From contig JBODTK010000104.1 of NCBI GenBank assembly GCA_050613775.1, forward strand, positions 248,001 to 312,000: a stretch of DNA of 64,000 nt. The letters are read 5' to 3'. The translations under genes were made by a program, and so were the position numbers. The notes beneath the pieces were generated by a model. It was not told the origin of the DNA, did no database searches, and was given only the letters and a program-made list of their open reading frames with translations. This stretch comes from Neocallimastix sp. 'constans' (lineage: Eukaryota). This document shows positions 11,096 through 26,164 of this stretch, piece by piece; the stretch's first letter is position 1, and each line of letters begins with the position of its first letter.

Positions 11096-14000
11096 TTAGG
11101 CCTGATTTATGGATTCAATGAATTTCGAAAATGATGGGGAATTGATGATTTTATTTTTGTTATTTGATGATCTTTTATCTTTGGTATAATTATCTAATGA
11201 TGATTTATTAATGATTTCGGTATTAATTAAAATACGAACAAGATTTTCAAATAATGTTATTTTATTCTTTTCATCTATATTAATATAAATTAATATATAT
11301 TTTATATATATTTAAAAATATTTAGTTTAAATTTTTTTTTTTTTATAAAATTATGTTATATACGTATTTATAGATTATTTTTATTAATAATTATATGATA
11401 AATGATATATTATCATTATTATTATTATCAATTTTATATAATAATAATTATTAATCTTACCCATACGATATTTAGAATCAAGACAGAAATCTTGTATTGA
11501 ATATATTACATCTACACTATTATTATTATCTATGAAACGAGTTATAACTGGTTTAATCTTTGTTATTATTTCTTCCTTTTCTTTATAAAGTTCTCTAGAA
11601 TGATCTTTAGGTCTTAAATAACTTTGGAAGATAGTTTTTGAAGTTACAAATTTAATACATCTACTTATAAATATTTTTATAAAGGTTGGGGATTTAAGGG
11701 TATTCCTATCTATTTGGCCTTCAATATATTTAATAATTTCTTGTGGACTTTTACTATCTAAATTATTTTTTAAATATTTAGCTACAGCAGCAAGTGGCCA
11801 AACTACCGTAATTGAACTATCTACAATTTTATCTTGAGGATCATTCACAAGAACATCTTCAATTCTATCTTCTATGAATTCATAGGCTTGAACATTACTT
11901 GATTTCCAAGCATTTATTAATTGATTTTCTGAGAATTCAGATAAATATTCAGATATTATAGAGGTAAAGTATTTTATACCATAGACCATTCTATTATCAA
12001 TAATCTTTGATACATCTAAAGCATCCTTAAATGTAATAGCCTTTCTTTCAATTAAATGAGCAACGAAACAACCAATAATATCATTGAATTTTGGAACATC
12101 AATCATCATATCACCAATAAATTCAACATTCTTTTTCAAGCTATAAATTTTAATTAATTAATATATATAAAAATTATTGTTATTATTATTATTAGTATTA
12201 GTATTTATAAATATTATTAAATAAATATTATTATTATTATTATTATTATTATTTAAAAATATTATTAAATAAATATTATCATTAGTATTATAATTTATAA
12301 ATATTATTAAATAAATATTATTATTATTATTTTAATTATTATTATTTATAAATATTATTAAATAAATATCATTATTTTAATTATTATTATTTATAAATAT
12401 TATTAAATAAATATTATTATTATTATTATTATCATAATTATAATTATAATTTATAAATAAATATATAAAATATAAATAAACATTTATTTTCTTTTTTTAT
12501 TTTTATTTTTATATATATAATTTTACCTATCAATAATATCATCACGTGAAATAATTTCTTCTTCATATAAAGTGGCATTCATATCAGCAAGGTTTTTGTA
12601 TTCTTTAAATTTATTACTGGCGACATCTATCAATATACTCATGATGACACCACTTTGACCACCATCTTTAACTTCTCTACAAGTAAGAATACATTCTTGT
12701 CGATCATTATTACTCAAGTATTCCTTTAAGACATTTTCAACTCTCTTCTTTGCTTGATCTTCAGACATCTTTGGCTTATTTGACATTGATCTCAATGGGG
12801 ATCTATCACGATAACCACCACTACTGGAACGACCACTATCAATTGATTTTCTTCTATCGCTACTTTCATCATTTAATGTACTGAAAATATTCTTGGAAGT
12901 GAACGATGGAGACTGACTAACCGGACTGTTAGACATACTACTCTTTTGTGAAAAACCTGATCCAGATTTACGCATATCAGAAGAATCTGATTTCTTATTT
13001 TGCCAACCGAAACCACCTAAACCTCTCTTTGGTGGACCTAAAAGAATATTGTTACTACCACTTGAAATGGAGTTAATTTTACCAAAGTGACTGAGATCAC
13101 CAGCATTACGAGATTGTGGCTTTGGAGTATTCCATCCATCTTGACTTTGTCTACGATAGTCATTCTTCATACCATTATGACCACTACCGGAACGACCACT
13201 GTTTCTCAACTTTTCCATATCCTTCTTTTCCTTTTCAGCATCTTGGTGAATTTGAGCAATTGTCTTTGGACCTTGAGTTACCGTTCTACTCTTCCAACGA
13301 TCCTTACGAAGTTCATAGACATCTTGTAACATGAATCTAATACGACTTGGAATGCTCTTTCTCTTACTTAATTCTTCAATTTTTTCAAAGTAGAGGTTCA
13401 TATGCTTTTGAGCCTTTTCATTATTATCTAACTTCTTACCGATGGTCTTCATTAAATTACAAAGACTTTCAAGATCTTCTTCTTCTGGATTATCAATATT
13501 ACTAAATAATAATTTACCAACACATTGATGCATAATCTTTTCAGAAAGCATACTTAATTTGAATAACTCACCAATAAACTTAATGTTACCGAGGGAACGT
13601 CTCTTCACCTTTATACGTTCAGTTTCTTTAGCGGCCCATTCATTCTTTTCTTCATCGGTCATTTCAGCAACGGGCTTAGTAATCTTATTTTCTTCTGTCC
13701 ATTTAACTTCCTTTTCGAATTCTAATTGACATTTATTTAAAAGGAGCTTACGGAATAAGTTATTTTTGTTTTCAGATTTTTTATCAATCATCCAGGATTG
13801 AATCTTTGGTAATTCATCACTAATACTCTTACACAATTCAGCATAAAGGGAACCAAAGTTAGGTTCATCTAAAGCTTTATCGAAAACTAAATTAATAACA
13901 CCTTCTAAAATGGCTTCATCAGTAATACCAATTTCAATAATTTGCTTACTGAGAGAATCAAAGTGTTCATAGGTTAACTTATTAAGAATACCCTTAACCT

Positions 14001-17000
14001 TACGGAAGATTTGTTCCTTGATGGCTTCTTTCTTTTCTTCCTCATTTTCAATACTTTCAATCATCTTTTCACTATTAAGTTGTGGTTTCCAAGCATTTTC
14101 TGATTTAGCAAGTGGAACTACATCGCTCATTGGAATGGTTGGACCTCCCATCTTACTTTGACGTTGCATATTTCTCATTCTACCACCATTGTTCATGTTT
14201 CTGTTTCTACTACCATTGGAACCTTGACGATTACCCATACCACCTGGAACTTGATTAACGATTTGTTGCATTGGATAACGGAAACCATTTGGTCCCATTT
14301 GTTGACCCATTGGTATGCCTTGAGGACCTGGACCCATAGGCATTCCTTGTCCCATGGCCATAGGTTGACCCATGGCCATACCTTGAGGACCATTGAAATG
14401 ACCACTTGGAACTCTATTTTGCATTAAGAGATCGTTTGGACCCTTCATAAGTGATGGGTTTCTTGGCATATTCATATTTGCTGGGTTGGAACCTTGTCTT
14501 ATCATTGGATTACCAGTACTATTTTGTTTAGATGGTTGAATATGACTGGAACGCTTCTTATCCTTATCGCCAATCATGATACTATCAACATCCTCTGGTT
14601 TAAGATTTTCTGGTCTGTAAATACATTTTTCTTTAAAGGATAATATGAATTCTTTTGGATAAACAGGATAATCCTTTTCATTCGTTGGAACCTTAATATT
14701 ATCTGGATACTTGATCTTACTAACATCGGATTCTAAAACATATTCAGAGGCTGGTTTTGGATATGGTTGCTTTACCTTATTAATTGGTCTCTGTTGATTA
14801 ATAGCAGACATCTTATTAACTTGATTATTAACAATATTACCCATGACACCCATGATACCATTTGATTTCATAAATGGTGAATGAGTTTGAGATTGAGATT
14901 GGGATTGGGATGGAGAGGATGATAATTCTTCCGGCTCCTTGATCATCTTATTATTTTTCAATAATGACTTACCAAAGGTACTTCCTGGCATATTTAATAT
15001 ATTATCCTTCTTAGCTGGTTCAGCCTTCTTTGGAGTTTCTGGCTTACTATCTGCTGGTGTTTTACTCTTTTCTTCAACTTTAACTTTATCATCAGATGCG
15101 GTAGTAGTTTCAACTTCAATTTCTTTTTCCTTCTTTTCCACTTTAGTTTCTTTTGGAGTGGTGGCCTTATTTTCTTTTTCAGTAGCTGCAGCACCTACAA
15201 TCTTAATTTCATCTTTCTTATCCTCCGAAGAAGCTGATACTTCATCAACCTTCTTTTCATTTTCTTTCTTAGGCTTTTCTTCTTCTTTAACCTTTTCTTC
15301 TACCTTAGCCTTTTCTTCTTTCACTTCCTTAACTTCCTTTAACTCCTTTACTTCCTTTTTAACCTTTTCTTCTTTCTTTGGAGTTTGTGGTTTTTCCTTT
15401 TCCTTCTTTTCTTCAGCCTTTGGTGGCGTAATTTTAACTGGTTTTTTTGGTTCGGTTACTACAACTTCCTTTTCTGGTTCAGAAGCTTCTAGTTCCTTGG
15501 ATTCCTTTTCTCCAATATTTTCAATCTTTAATGGAGATGAAGCCACATTGGCAGCATTAGCGGCGTTAGCAGAAAGTGGGGTCTTGAGTGGTCCACCTTT
15601 ACTTGGTGAAGTAATCTTAATAGAATTAGTTTTTTCGCCAGAGGGTGTCGCTGGAGCAGAAGTAGAAAGACCAGTAGAAACAGTTGGAGTTACCTTTGCA
15701 TTATTTTCCTTTACTACCTTATCATCAGTGATTTGAGTTTCTTCTTTTTCACCGATTTCTCCAGACTTCTTAGCTGATTCCTTTTCAATCGCTGAAGTTG
15801 GTGCTGAAGAAGTTTTAATAGGTGAATTTGCAGATATTTTAGTTGGAGTAGAAGCTGCCGATTTCTTATCATTAGCATCAGTTTTAGCTTGTGGAGTTGT
15901 TGCAGATGTTGGTGTTTCTGTCTTTTTATCATCTTTTTTATCGTCTTGTGGTTTAACAATTTTAATGGCTTTACTCTTTGGTTCAGGAGGGATATATGGT
16001 GATGGTTTATTATATGGTTTTGATTCTTTCTTAAAGTTAACTTCTTCATTATTATTTGGATTGGTAATTTTAATTTTGTTTGCTGGTCTACTTTGTGGAA
16101 TACTAGTCTGAAGTATATATTGTTGAGGAATGACAGGAGCAGCATAATAAACAGGAGGTTGATAGTAAATTGGACCTGGTTGGTATATCATTTGAGGTGG
16201 TTGATTTGGAGGATAATTCATTGGTCCATATGGTGGTGGTGGTGGTGGAGGTTGATTCATTCTAGGATTTTGGCGATTATTAAATACAGAATTACGTTGA
16301 TTTGGATGTCCGTTTTGATGTTTATTATGAGGTGGTTGTCCCTGGAATTGATTATTATTCATATGATTTGGTGGTGGGAAATGATTATTATTATGATTCA
16401 TATGATAATTATTATTATGTTGTACTTGATATGGAGGATAGTTCGAATAGTTTTGATTATTATATTGTGCAGAATTTCTATTATTTATGTTATAGTTATT
16501 TACATTCATGTTATTATTTGGATTATTTGGCATATTATTATTATTATTTTGATTATTGTTGAAGTTATTATTATTCATGAATGATTGCATATTTTGTTGA
16601 GGTGGTATTGGACCTTGATTTTGTTGCATTGAAATTGGTCGTGAAGGCATTTGTTGACCGCGTGGAGGATGCATTTGCCTTTGTTGATTATGAATTTGAT
16701 GATGCTGTTGAACATGTTGATTTTGGAAGTGGTGTGGTCCTAAGTTTGAATTTACTTCATTCTTTGGTTCCATATGTCCATTTTGTTTTCTTTGTTGTTG
16801 TATTATCGATGGTGGTGCTGAATGTGTACGAGGAATTGCTTCATTAATTGCAGCAGCAATACTTGGATGATGCATCTTTTTTTAAATAAAAAAAATTAAA
16901 TAACAAATAAATAAAAATGTGATGAATTAGTTACAATTACTTTCTAACGAATTTAAGTATACTAAATTAAATAAAAATACATAAATATGGATTAAAATAA

Positions 17001-18044
17001 ACCAAATAAATCAATTTAAACTTTACAACAATAAAAAATATAATCATATAAATTACAACTCTACAATTTTTAAATAAACAATTTTTAAATATATAAATTA
17101 AAACTCTACAATTTTTAAATAAATAAATTTTAAATATATAAATTACAATTTTACAATTTTTAAATTTAAAAATTATCACTATATAAATTATAATCATACA
17201 AATCAAGGCTATAACCCTATAATTTATTACTATAAAGATATAAAAATACTTACTGGTGCAGGATGCTTAAGTTCATTATCATGAGAATTTATAAAGCCTT
17301 TTTGATTATTATTATTATTATTGGTATTGGTATTATTGTTATTGATATTATTGGTATTATTGTTGTTATTATTATTTTGATTATTAGAGTCAGGTATAGA
17401 ATTTGATTTATCTTGTTTAAATTGGAAATTATTACTTGATTTTTCTATTCTATCATTATTAAACGCATTCACATCTGGTTGTTCTACCACTGGACTATTT
17501 AATGAACCGTCAACCTTAACATCAACATCATTTGATCCAACAGTTCCAAAAACGATACCTTTTGCTATTTTTTTTTATAAAATATATACATAAATAAAAC
17601 CTTTATTAAATAAAATTTTAAACAGATTAAATATTATAAAAAATAACTTACGTTTTGGTTTATTTTTAATTAATCCTTTTTTATATCTGACTGGTACAGA
17701 ATCTCCGTAGTTATTATTAGTACTACCACTACTGCTTCCACTGTAATATCATTAAATTTAAAAAAAAATATTAAATTAATATTAAAATACTTATTTTTTT
17801 TTATTACTTTTTTATTATTAAATTTCATAAAGAAATACCCTTGAATAGTTCTATTATTATTTGGCTTCTTCTTATTTCCACCTTGACTTAAATTATTACT
17901 CATACTTTGTTGTGAATTGCTTCCATATAACGTATCATTATTATTATTGTTATTAGAACTGTAACGTTTAGTATTCATCTTCTTATTTAATTTGGAATTA
18001 TTTCTACTAAGAGTTTCTTCGTATTTTGATTGTTTTGAAGCCAT
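11096..18044 (-). CDS. TIF4631: Translation initiation factor eIF4G (~1937 aa; exons 18044-17839, 17740-17652, 17564-17254, 16875-12527, 12140-11461, 11274-11096)
   Basis: All six exons join in frame with GT-AG introns (5814 nt). Contains the eIF4E-binding motif YPKEFILSF, MIF4G (FRKVKGILNKLT...FDKALDEPNFGSLYAELC...SLGNIKFIGELFK...RIRFMLQDV), GPKTIAQIH, MA3 (KRVENVLKEYL...DMMIDVPK) and a further C-terminal helical domain. Confidence 0.95.
17047..17165. repeat. Intronic tandem repeat, ~3 copies of a ~45-bp unit in eIF4G intron 3
   Basis: ATATAAATTACAACTCTACAATTTTTAAATAAACAATTTTTAAAT-like unit repeated. Confidence 0.7.
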
Positions 18045-20194
18045 ATTTCTTTATATTATTATTACTAATTTTTCAATAATTATATGAAAAAAAATATAAA
18101 TAAAAAAATACAAATAGTTTATAAACATAAGATTATTATTAATTAATAAAATATAAATAGATATATGTTTATATAAGCAATATTATTAATTTTATTTTAA
18201 TTTTATTTATTAAAATGGGAATATAATATTTTATTTGTCTATTTTATTTAAAAATTAGTATATGATCAAAAAGCCTCTTTGTTATTTTAATAAGTTTTAT
18301 AATTAAAATTATTAATAATGCTTTATATTTATTTTTATTTATTTTTTAATTATTTAGATCCTTTTGAAAATATATTTTGTATTGTTTTCTTCTTATTATT
18401 AAACTTTTATCATAAACAAATTTGTTTAAAAATAAAAGATTCCTTTTATTTTCATTTGTAATTATGTTTTATTTATAATTTTCTATTATACTTTGTTAAT
18501 GCCTACTTTTTATTTTTTTTTCTTTTTTGTTTAATTGAATACTATTTATTATTTCTTCTATATTTTATTTATCTACTTTTAAAACTATATCTATATCATC
18601 CATCTCACTATCAATTTTTTTTTTTTTTAATAAAATAATAAATATTTATAATATTTATGATAGAATATTTACTTCTGGTATTTTATTATAGTTTTGTTAT
18701 CCTTTCGTATATTTTGATATTGTACTTTTATTATTTACTTCTTAATTTTTTTTTTTTTTTGTTATCTATCTCTCTTAAGTTTATTTATTTAAATATAATA
18801 TGTTTATTTATTTATTTTTTTTAATTAAATAAAAAAAAGTGGTATTATTTTTTTTTCTAAGAAAGTACCAAGAAGTCTAGAAAAAAAATGGATGTTATTT
18901 TTTTTTATTCAATAAAATAAAATAAAATAAAAGTTAAAAATAAATAAATAAATAAATTTTAAGAAAGAAGATATTAAGAAGTTATACAGCTATTGTATAC
19001 AATCTTAAATTTTTGTCGCTAAATTCTGTAAATAGTATTCTAATAAAAGATATGAAATATAAAAATAAATAAATAAATAAATAAAAAAGTATATATATCT
19101 TTTTTTTTTTTTTTTTTTATTTTTTATTTTTATTCTTTTAATCTTTATATATATATATTATATAGAAAATATATTATTATTTTTATACTTTTTTTTTCAA
19201 AAAGATTAATAGATATTTGAAAAAAATAATAGATTTTTATTGTAAGCTTTTTAATAAAAAAAAAAGTGATTAAAATTGTTTATATGGTATTATAATAAAT
19301 CGATATTATGCGTCTTTTATACTTTTGTATATAAATCTATCTCTTATTTTTCTAAAAAAAAAAATAAGTTAAAATCTAAAAAATAATAATAATAATAATG
19401 TTTTTTTTTAATTTTCAATTATTATTATTATTACTCTTTTTAATTATAATATTTTTATTAAAAAAATATATAAAAAAATAAATAAAAATAAAAAATTTTT
19501 TTCCTTATTAGAAAAAAAATTTATTTATTATTTAGCAGCAAGAGAAATAAATTTAACTGAAATTTATTATTATTTATATAATTCATATAAATTGTAGATT
19601 ATTAAATATAATTTTAGAACAATAATTAATTATTAAAATGTTAGAAATCAGTACAATACAATATATATTACTTTAATAATAAAATTAATAAAAAATTAAT
19701 ATTTATTAATTAAAATTAAATATTAATAATATAAATTATAATTATTAAATCATAATAATAATAAAATACTTTTCTACTATTAATTATTTTTCTTGTTTTT
19801 TAATTATACTAAATTATATAAAATTCAAATGTTCTTTTTTATTTTTATACTATTAATACCTTAAGAGAAAATAACATTCCTTAATAATATTATTTATTAT
19901 AATATTATATAATAGAAATAACATAAAAAAAAAAGCTTTTTTTAATTCAAATATTCAACAATTAATAAAAAAAAAATATAATGTATATATGTCTATATAA
20001 ATGTCTCTTTCTTTTATATTCATATAAAAAAAAATACGTAATGTATATACATATATATTAATGAATAGACTTTATTATCTTTATTATTAATTTTATTTTT
20101 ATTCTTATTATTTTTATTATTATTATTATTTATTATTATAATTATTATTGTTATTATTATTATTATTATAATTATTATTATTTATTTATTTATT

Positions 20195-20248
<54 letters not shown>

Positions 20249-21032
20249 TAATAGTTTAATAGTAATAAACGGTAATCGTTAATAAATATCAGCATTAAGT
20301 TTATTTTAAGTTGTTTTTTGTTCAATACACTTTTCTAATGAAAAATAATAAAAATTAATTTAATTGATAATACATTTTATTGTATTAAGATTTTTTGGCT
20401 ATATTATTTTAATTGGATAATATATTGCTGTATACTGAAAATAATTGAAATCTAAAATTAAATAGGGAAAAAATATATTTTTGTATAGATAATATATTTT
20501 TAAAAAATAAAATATTAATAATAATTATATTGATTAATAATAATTATATTGATTAATAATAAAATATTGGTTCATATTTCCAGTAAATAAATAAATAAAT
20601 AAATAGATAAATAAATAAATAAATAAATGTATTTAATAGTACATTACATCAAATCATGTACAATACATTAAATTACAACTATTTATTCTATGGATTAAAA
20701 TTAATTTATTTTATAATAATAATAATTGAAAAAGGACCAAAAAATATGATGTAAAAAAAAAAAATAATAATAAATACTAAACATAAAATACTATAAAATA
20801 TGTATATAAAAAACATTTATAATATGTAAAAGAAATACATAGAATAATAAGAACAATTTGAAAATCGAATAGTAAAATATGTAACGCATTTTACTTAAAA
20901 ATCAAAGTAAAATAAAGTATATATAATAAAAAATTAAAATAACATAATTTAAAATATAAATCATAAATTTATATTTAATTCTATATATATTTTTCATTGT
21001 ATGAAATTCTATTTATTAAGCTTTAATGAATC

Positions 21033-21068
<36 letters not shown>

Positions 21069-23189
21069 TTTTATTTAGTTTTTAGTTTTATAATCTTTTG
21101 AGACCTTTTAAAGTTTAATATTTTTCTAGTATTACAATTATAATATATGTTCATTTATATATACTTTAAATTTAATAAATAAAAAAAAATTATAATAAAA
21201 ATTATATAAAAAAAAACTTCCTAAGAATTTAATTTAGGATTATGAAGATATATTAATAGAATATCGAATAGTTTATAAAATTATTGAATATCAAAAAAAG
21301 AGTTCACCATAATTGTTATGAACTTTTTTTTTATATTTCTACAATACCATTAAATATTTTTAAAATTCTTATTTAAAATAAATTAATATTTAATATTTTG
21401 ACAAAAATCTATTAGATTTATTTTTTTTTATTTATTTATTTTTAACTTTATTCACGTTTTTAAAAAATATTATATCTTATTTTTATATTGTAACGTAGGA
21501 CAGTACTATTTATTATTTTGTTATATAGTTTTCATAGAATAGCTCAGATCACTATTATCACTACTTTAATTAACATATTAATTAATAAGTAACAACTAAT
21601 TGTTATAATTGTTATAATCCTTTTTTTCTACTCTCATATATATATATATAAACATCACTTTATTACTATTAAAAATTAATATTTTTTAAAATTATGAATA
21701 GTATCATTTTTATTGATTGCTATAATGTCATTAATATAATTTATTTTATTATTTTTATTATTTTTTTTTAGATAGAATATAAAATATGAAATAAAAAATC
21801 ATAATAATAATTAAAATAATAATTATAATAATTATAATAATAATTAAAATAATAATTAAAATAATTATAATAAAAATAAAATAATTATAATAAAATAAAA
21901 TAAAAAAAAATCAATTTAGGTACTTCTCAATAATAAAATAAAAAAGAAAATAATTGTTAATCTATTAGTTTTTAACTTAAAATTATATTTAAATTTTTAT
22001 TTATATTAATTAAATAAAATTTTAATTAATTCAGAGATTTACTAAAAAAAAAAAATTGGTCATAGTAATTAGAGAATTAATACATATGATTAAAAGAATA
22101 ATAGGATAGCTATAATTTTGAATACTTTCTTTATAAAAAATATAATAATTAAGAATAATAATTAAGAATCATAATGACTTTCTTTATAAAAAATATAATA
22201 ATTAAGAGTAATAATTAAGAATCATAATGACTTTCTTTAGAAAGTATCTTGTTATTATAATATGACAATATTCAATATTATATATTATTTAAAAAAAAAT
22301 CATTGTTCACTACTGAAATATTTCATTAATTATTTTATATTATATAATTTATTATACATTCATCAAATATATATAATTATTTTCTTATTTCTTTTATTTC
22401 TAATTATTTTATCATTTCCTTCTTTTTTTTTTATTCTCTTTTCTCTTCTCTTCTCATTTTAAACAGTTTGGTTTATTTTCAGTGTAATATTTGCAAATCT
22501 CTATTTATGCTTTCTTGTATATTTTCAGTATATTTCTGGTATATTTTTATATATTGAAAATTTGTATTTGATATAAATAATTAATGAAATAAGAATTGAT
22601 TTAATTTAATTTTTTAATTAATTTTAAATTTTTAATTTGATCTGTAAATGCAGTTTTGGCCTATCACAATTTAACTTAATATATGTTTCAATACATTGAC
22701 TTATATATTATTTAAAGAAAAAAGTCAGTAATATAATATATTGAATGTATATATAATAATAAACTGTTTAATATATTAATTTTATATATTTATTTATTTA
22801 TTAATTTATTTATTAATTTATTTATTTATTAATTTATTAATTTATTTATTAATTTATTCTTTTCCCTTTTTCTTTTTTCTTTTTTCTTTTTTCTTATTTT
22901 TGTTTTATTTTATTTTATTTTAGAAATCAAAATAAAAAACTTATATATTAAGATTTAATTCTATTATAAGAGAGTGTTAATAGAAATGTGTTATTGCAAT
23001 ATATTTACAGTTAATTATTAATATAAAATATTTATATTATAAATAGTATTCTCTCTATCTAATTAAAAAAAAACAACAACAAAAAAAAAAAAAAAAAAAA
23101 GGAGTTGAACTTATTATGAGCTTATTGACAAATAAAAATTATTACAGTCAGCACTTTTTCCATTTATTTAATTTTCATATATAACTAAT

Positions 23190-23880
23190 ATTCATTTATT
23201 TATTATTTATTATTTATTAATAAATAGTCTTTTTATTCTTTTTATTATTTATTATTTATTAATAAATAGTCTTTTTATTCTTTTTACTATTTATTGTTTA
23301 TTAATAAATATTCTTTTTATTCTTTTTATTATTTATTATTTATTAATAAATATTCTTTTTATTCTTTTTATTATTTATTATTTATTATTTATTATTTATT
23401 ATTTATTATTTTTTATATATTATTTATTATTCAATTATTTATTATTTATTATTTATTATTTATTATTTATTATTTATTATTGATTATTTAATTATTTATT
23501 ATTGATTATTTATTATTCAATTATTCAATTATTTATTATTTAATTATTTATTATTTATTATTTATTATTCAATTATTTATTATTTATTATTATTTATTAT
23601 TTATTATTTGTTATTTATTATTCAATTATTTATTATTCAATTATTTATTATTTATTATTATTTATTATTTATTATTATTTATTATTCAATTATTTATTAT
23701 TCAATTATTTATTATTGATTATTTATTATTCAATTATTCAATTATTTATTATTTATTATTTATTATTTATTATTTATTATTTATTATTCAATTATTTATT
23801 ATTTATTATTTATTATTTATTATTTATTATTTATTATTTATTATTTATTATTTATTATTTATTATTGACTATTAATTATT
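23190..23880. repeat. Degenerate (TTTATTA)n / (TTCAATTA) simple-repeat tract
   Basis: About 700 bp of 7-8-bp AT-rich units, including a ~35-bp subrepeat at its start. Confidence 0.85.
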
Positions 23881-25790
23881 AATAATTGACTCTTAATTAC
23901 TGATTATTGATTAATAATTAGTAATATTAATTAGAATCATAAAATTGTATTATTATAGATAATTGGCATCGATGAATAACTATAATTAATATTGAATTTT
24001 TTTTTTTTTTATTTACTTTGAATTATTTCTAATAATTTTACAAAAAAAAAAAGTTTTTTTAAAAACTATTAAACATGTGGGTTTCATTATTTTATTATAT
24101 AATTTTTTATTATCAATGGTTAATTTTAAAATATTTTTTTTTAAAAAAAATATAAATATATATATATATTTGATTAGTTACTTTTTCAATACTCTATTTT
24201 ATTTTTTAATTATTTTTTAACTACATACAGATTGTATAATCCTTTTATATGAGATAAGAAGAGCATTAATAAAATTTTGTTAATTTCTATATTATTTAAA
24301 AAAAAATTTTTTTCTTACTATTTTTAATAGAACTTTATTAAGGCTTTTTTTTATTTTAAATAAATGATATTAATAAATTTATTTCATTAGAGTATTAAAG
24401 GATATAATATGGAAATTAAATAATTAATATCTTACTTTTTATAATTATTCTAGCTCAAAAAAAAAAAAAAAAATTGATATAATAAAGATATAATATAATA
24501 AAGATATAATATAATAAATATTAATATGATGATAAAATAATAAGTAAAAATATGTTTATCAATAATTACTATTCATTAGATAAATAAGAAAATAATTAAT
24601 ATAAAATTGATAATTTAGATATTTATTAATAAATATAGATATATATAAAATAATATCAAATAATATTAATATCAAATATAAAATAATATCAAATATAAAA
24701 TAATATCAAATATAAAAGTAATATCAAATAAATAAAAATTAATAGTTATTAATAAAAGCAAATGATATTTATTTATTTGATAAAATTAATTTATTTATTT
24801 ATTTATTTATTCTTTAATTAATTAATTAATTATTACTGTTATTGTTTATAATGAAATTTTTTTTATTTTTTATTTTTAAAAATTTTAAATAACATTATCC
24901 AATAAAATCACAAAAACTTTAAATTGTTCTTTCTAACCTATTCAAACTAAATTATATAAAGAGAGAGAAATTATAACTGATAGATATAATATATATAATT
25001 AAGAAATCATAAAACTTTTATTTTCAAAAAAAAAAAAATATTAATAATAATAATTAGAATGTAAAGAGGAAACATATGAAAATTGAAAATTTATAAATTT
25101 ATTTATTCATTATGTCGAAAGTAGCAAAATACTATTAAATAATGTATTGTACATTTTATTATAACCTATACATAAATTTAAAAATTAAAATAAAATATTC
25201 ACATTGGTGAATTTTTCTCTTTAAAGTTGCAACTGTCAATTAATGAATTAATAAAAAAAAAAAAAAAAAAAAAAAAAGTAATTCAGAGGTCTTGAACAGC
25301 TAAAAAGAATTAAACTAAAATGATTAAGAAAAATATTATAGTTTTTGAAAAATAATTTCTTATGAAGAATTATAATAATTTTTCATTCCATAAATTTTTA
25401 GAATGAATTTATTTTCAATTAGAATAGAATAGTAACAGAAACTATTTTAATATATAGATAATAATAATAAAACAAATACAATTAAAATTTAATGTCCATT
25501 ATTTTAATGATTGATAGTAGGATTAAAATATGCTTATTTTTTTTTTCTTGTTAATTTTTTTTATTATTGTTATTGTTTTATTATTATTGTTGTTTTATTA
25601 TTGTTGTTGTTTTGTTATTGCTGTTATTTTGTTTTGCTCTTTCGTTTGTTTTTTCGTTCTTTTATCAATCAACTAATCTATATTTTAAAGTTTCAATAAT
25701 TTTTTTTTTATATATATTTTTAGTATCATATATTAAATGAATTATATATATATTACAATAATAATGGCATTAATAAATATTTTATAATAA

Positions 25791-25837
<47 letters not shown>

Positions 25838-26164
25838 TTTAACTTCTTTTAGTTCGATAATAATGTTCAATAGCAAATCATTTTAAAAATATTCAACCCT
25901 AAAAATATATCCACGGACGGATATTAGTAAAGTTACATGAATTGTTCAGTTTCATTCTTTAATAATTCATTAATGTTAAAATCTTGTTAAAAACTATTAG
26001 TAATAATGAAATAACTATAATTCTTAGTAACTTTGTTTCTATTATCATCTCTTATTGTAGAATCATAAAATAAGCTCATATATATATATATATATATTTT
26101 TATCCTTTATTAAATATAAAAATTATAATTCCAAGAAAGATGTGATAAATTTATTCGTAAATGT

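Noticed and set aside
13087..16847. Several + strand ORFs (e.g. 14939..15736, 16093..16584)
   Set aside because: Antisense shadows of the large eIF4G exon.
1..18044. eIF2-alpha and eIF4G (plus RLP24) as a functional translation gene cluster
   Set aside because: They are convergent, separated by ~10.8 kb of TE debris, with unrelated neighbours; no evidence beyond chance proximity without synteny data.
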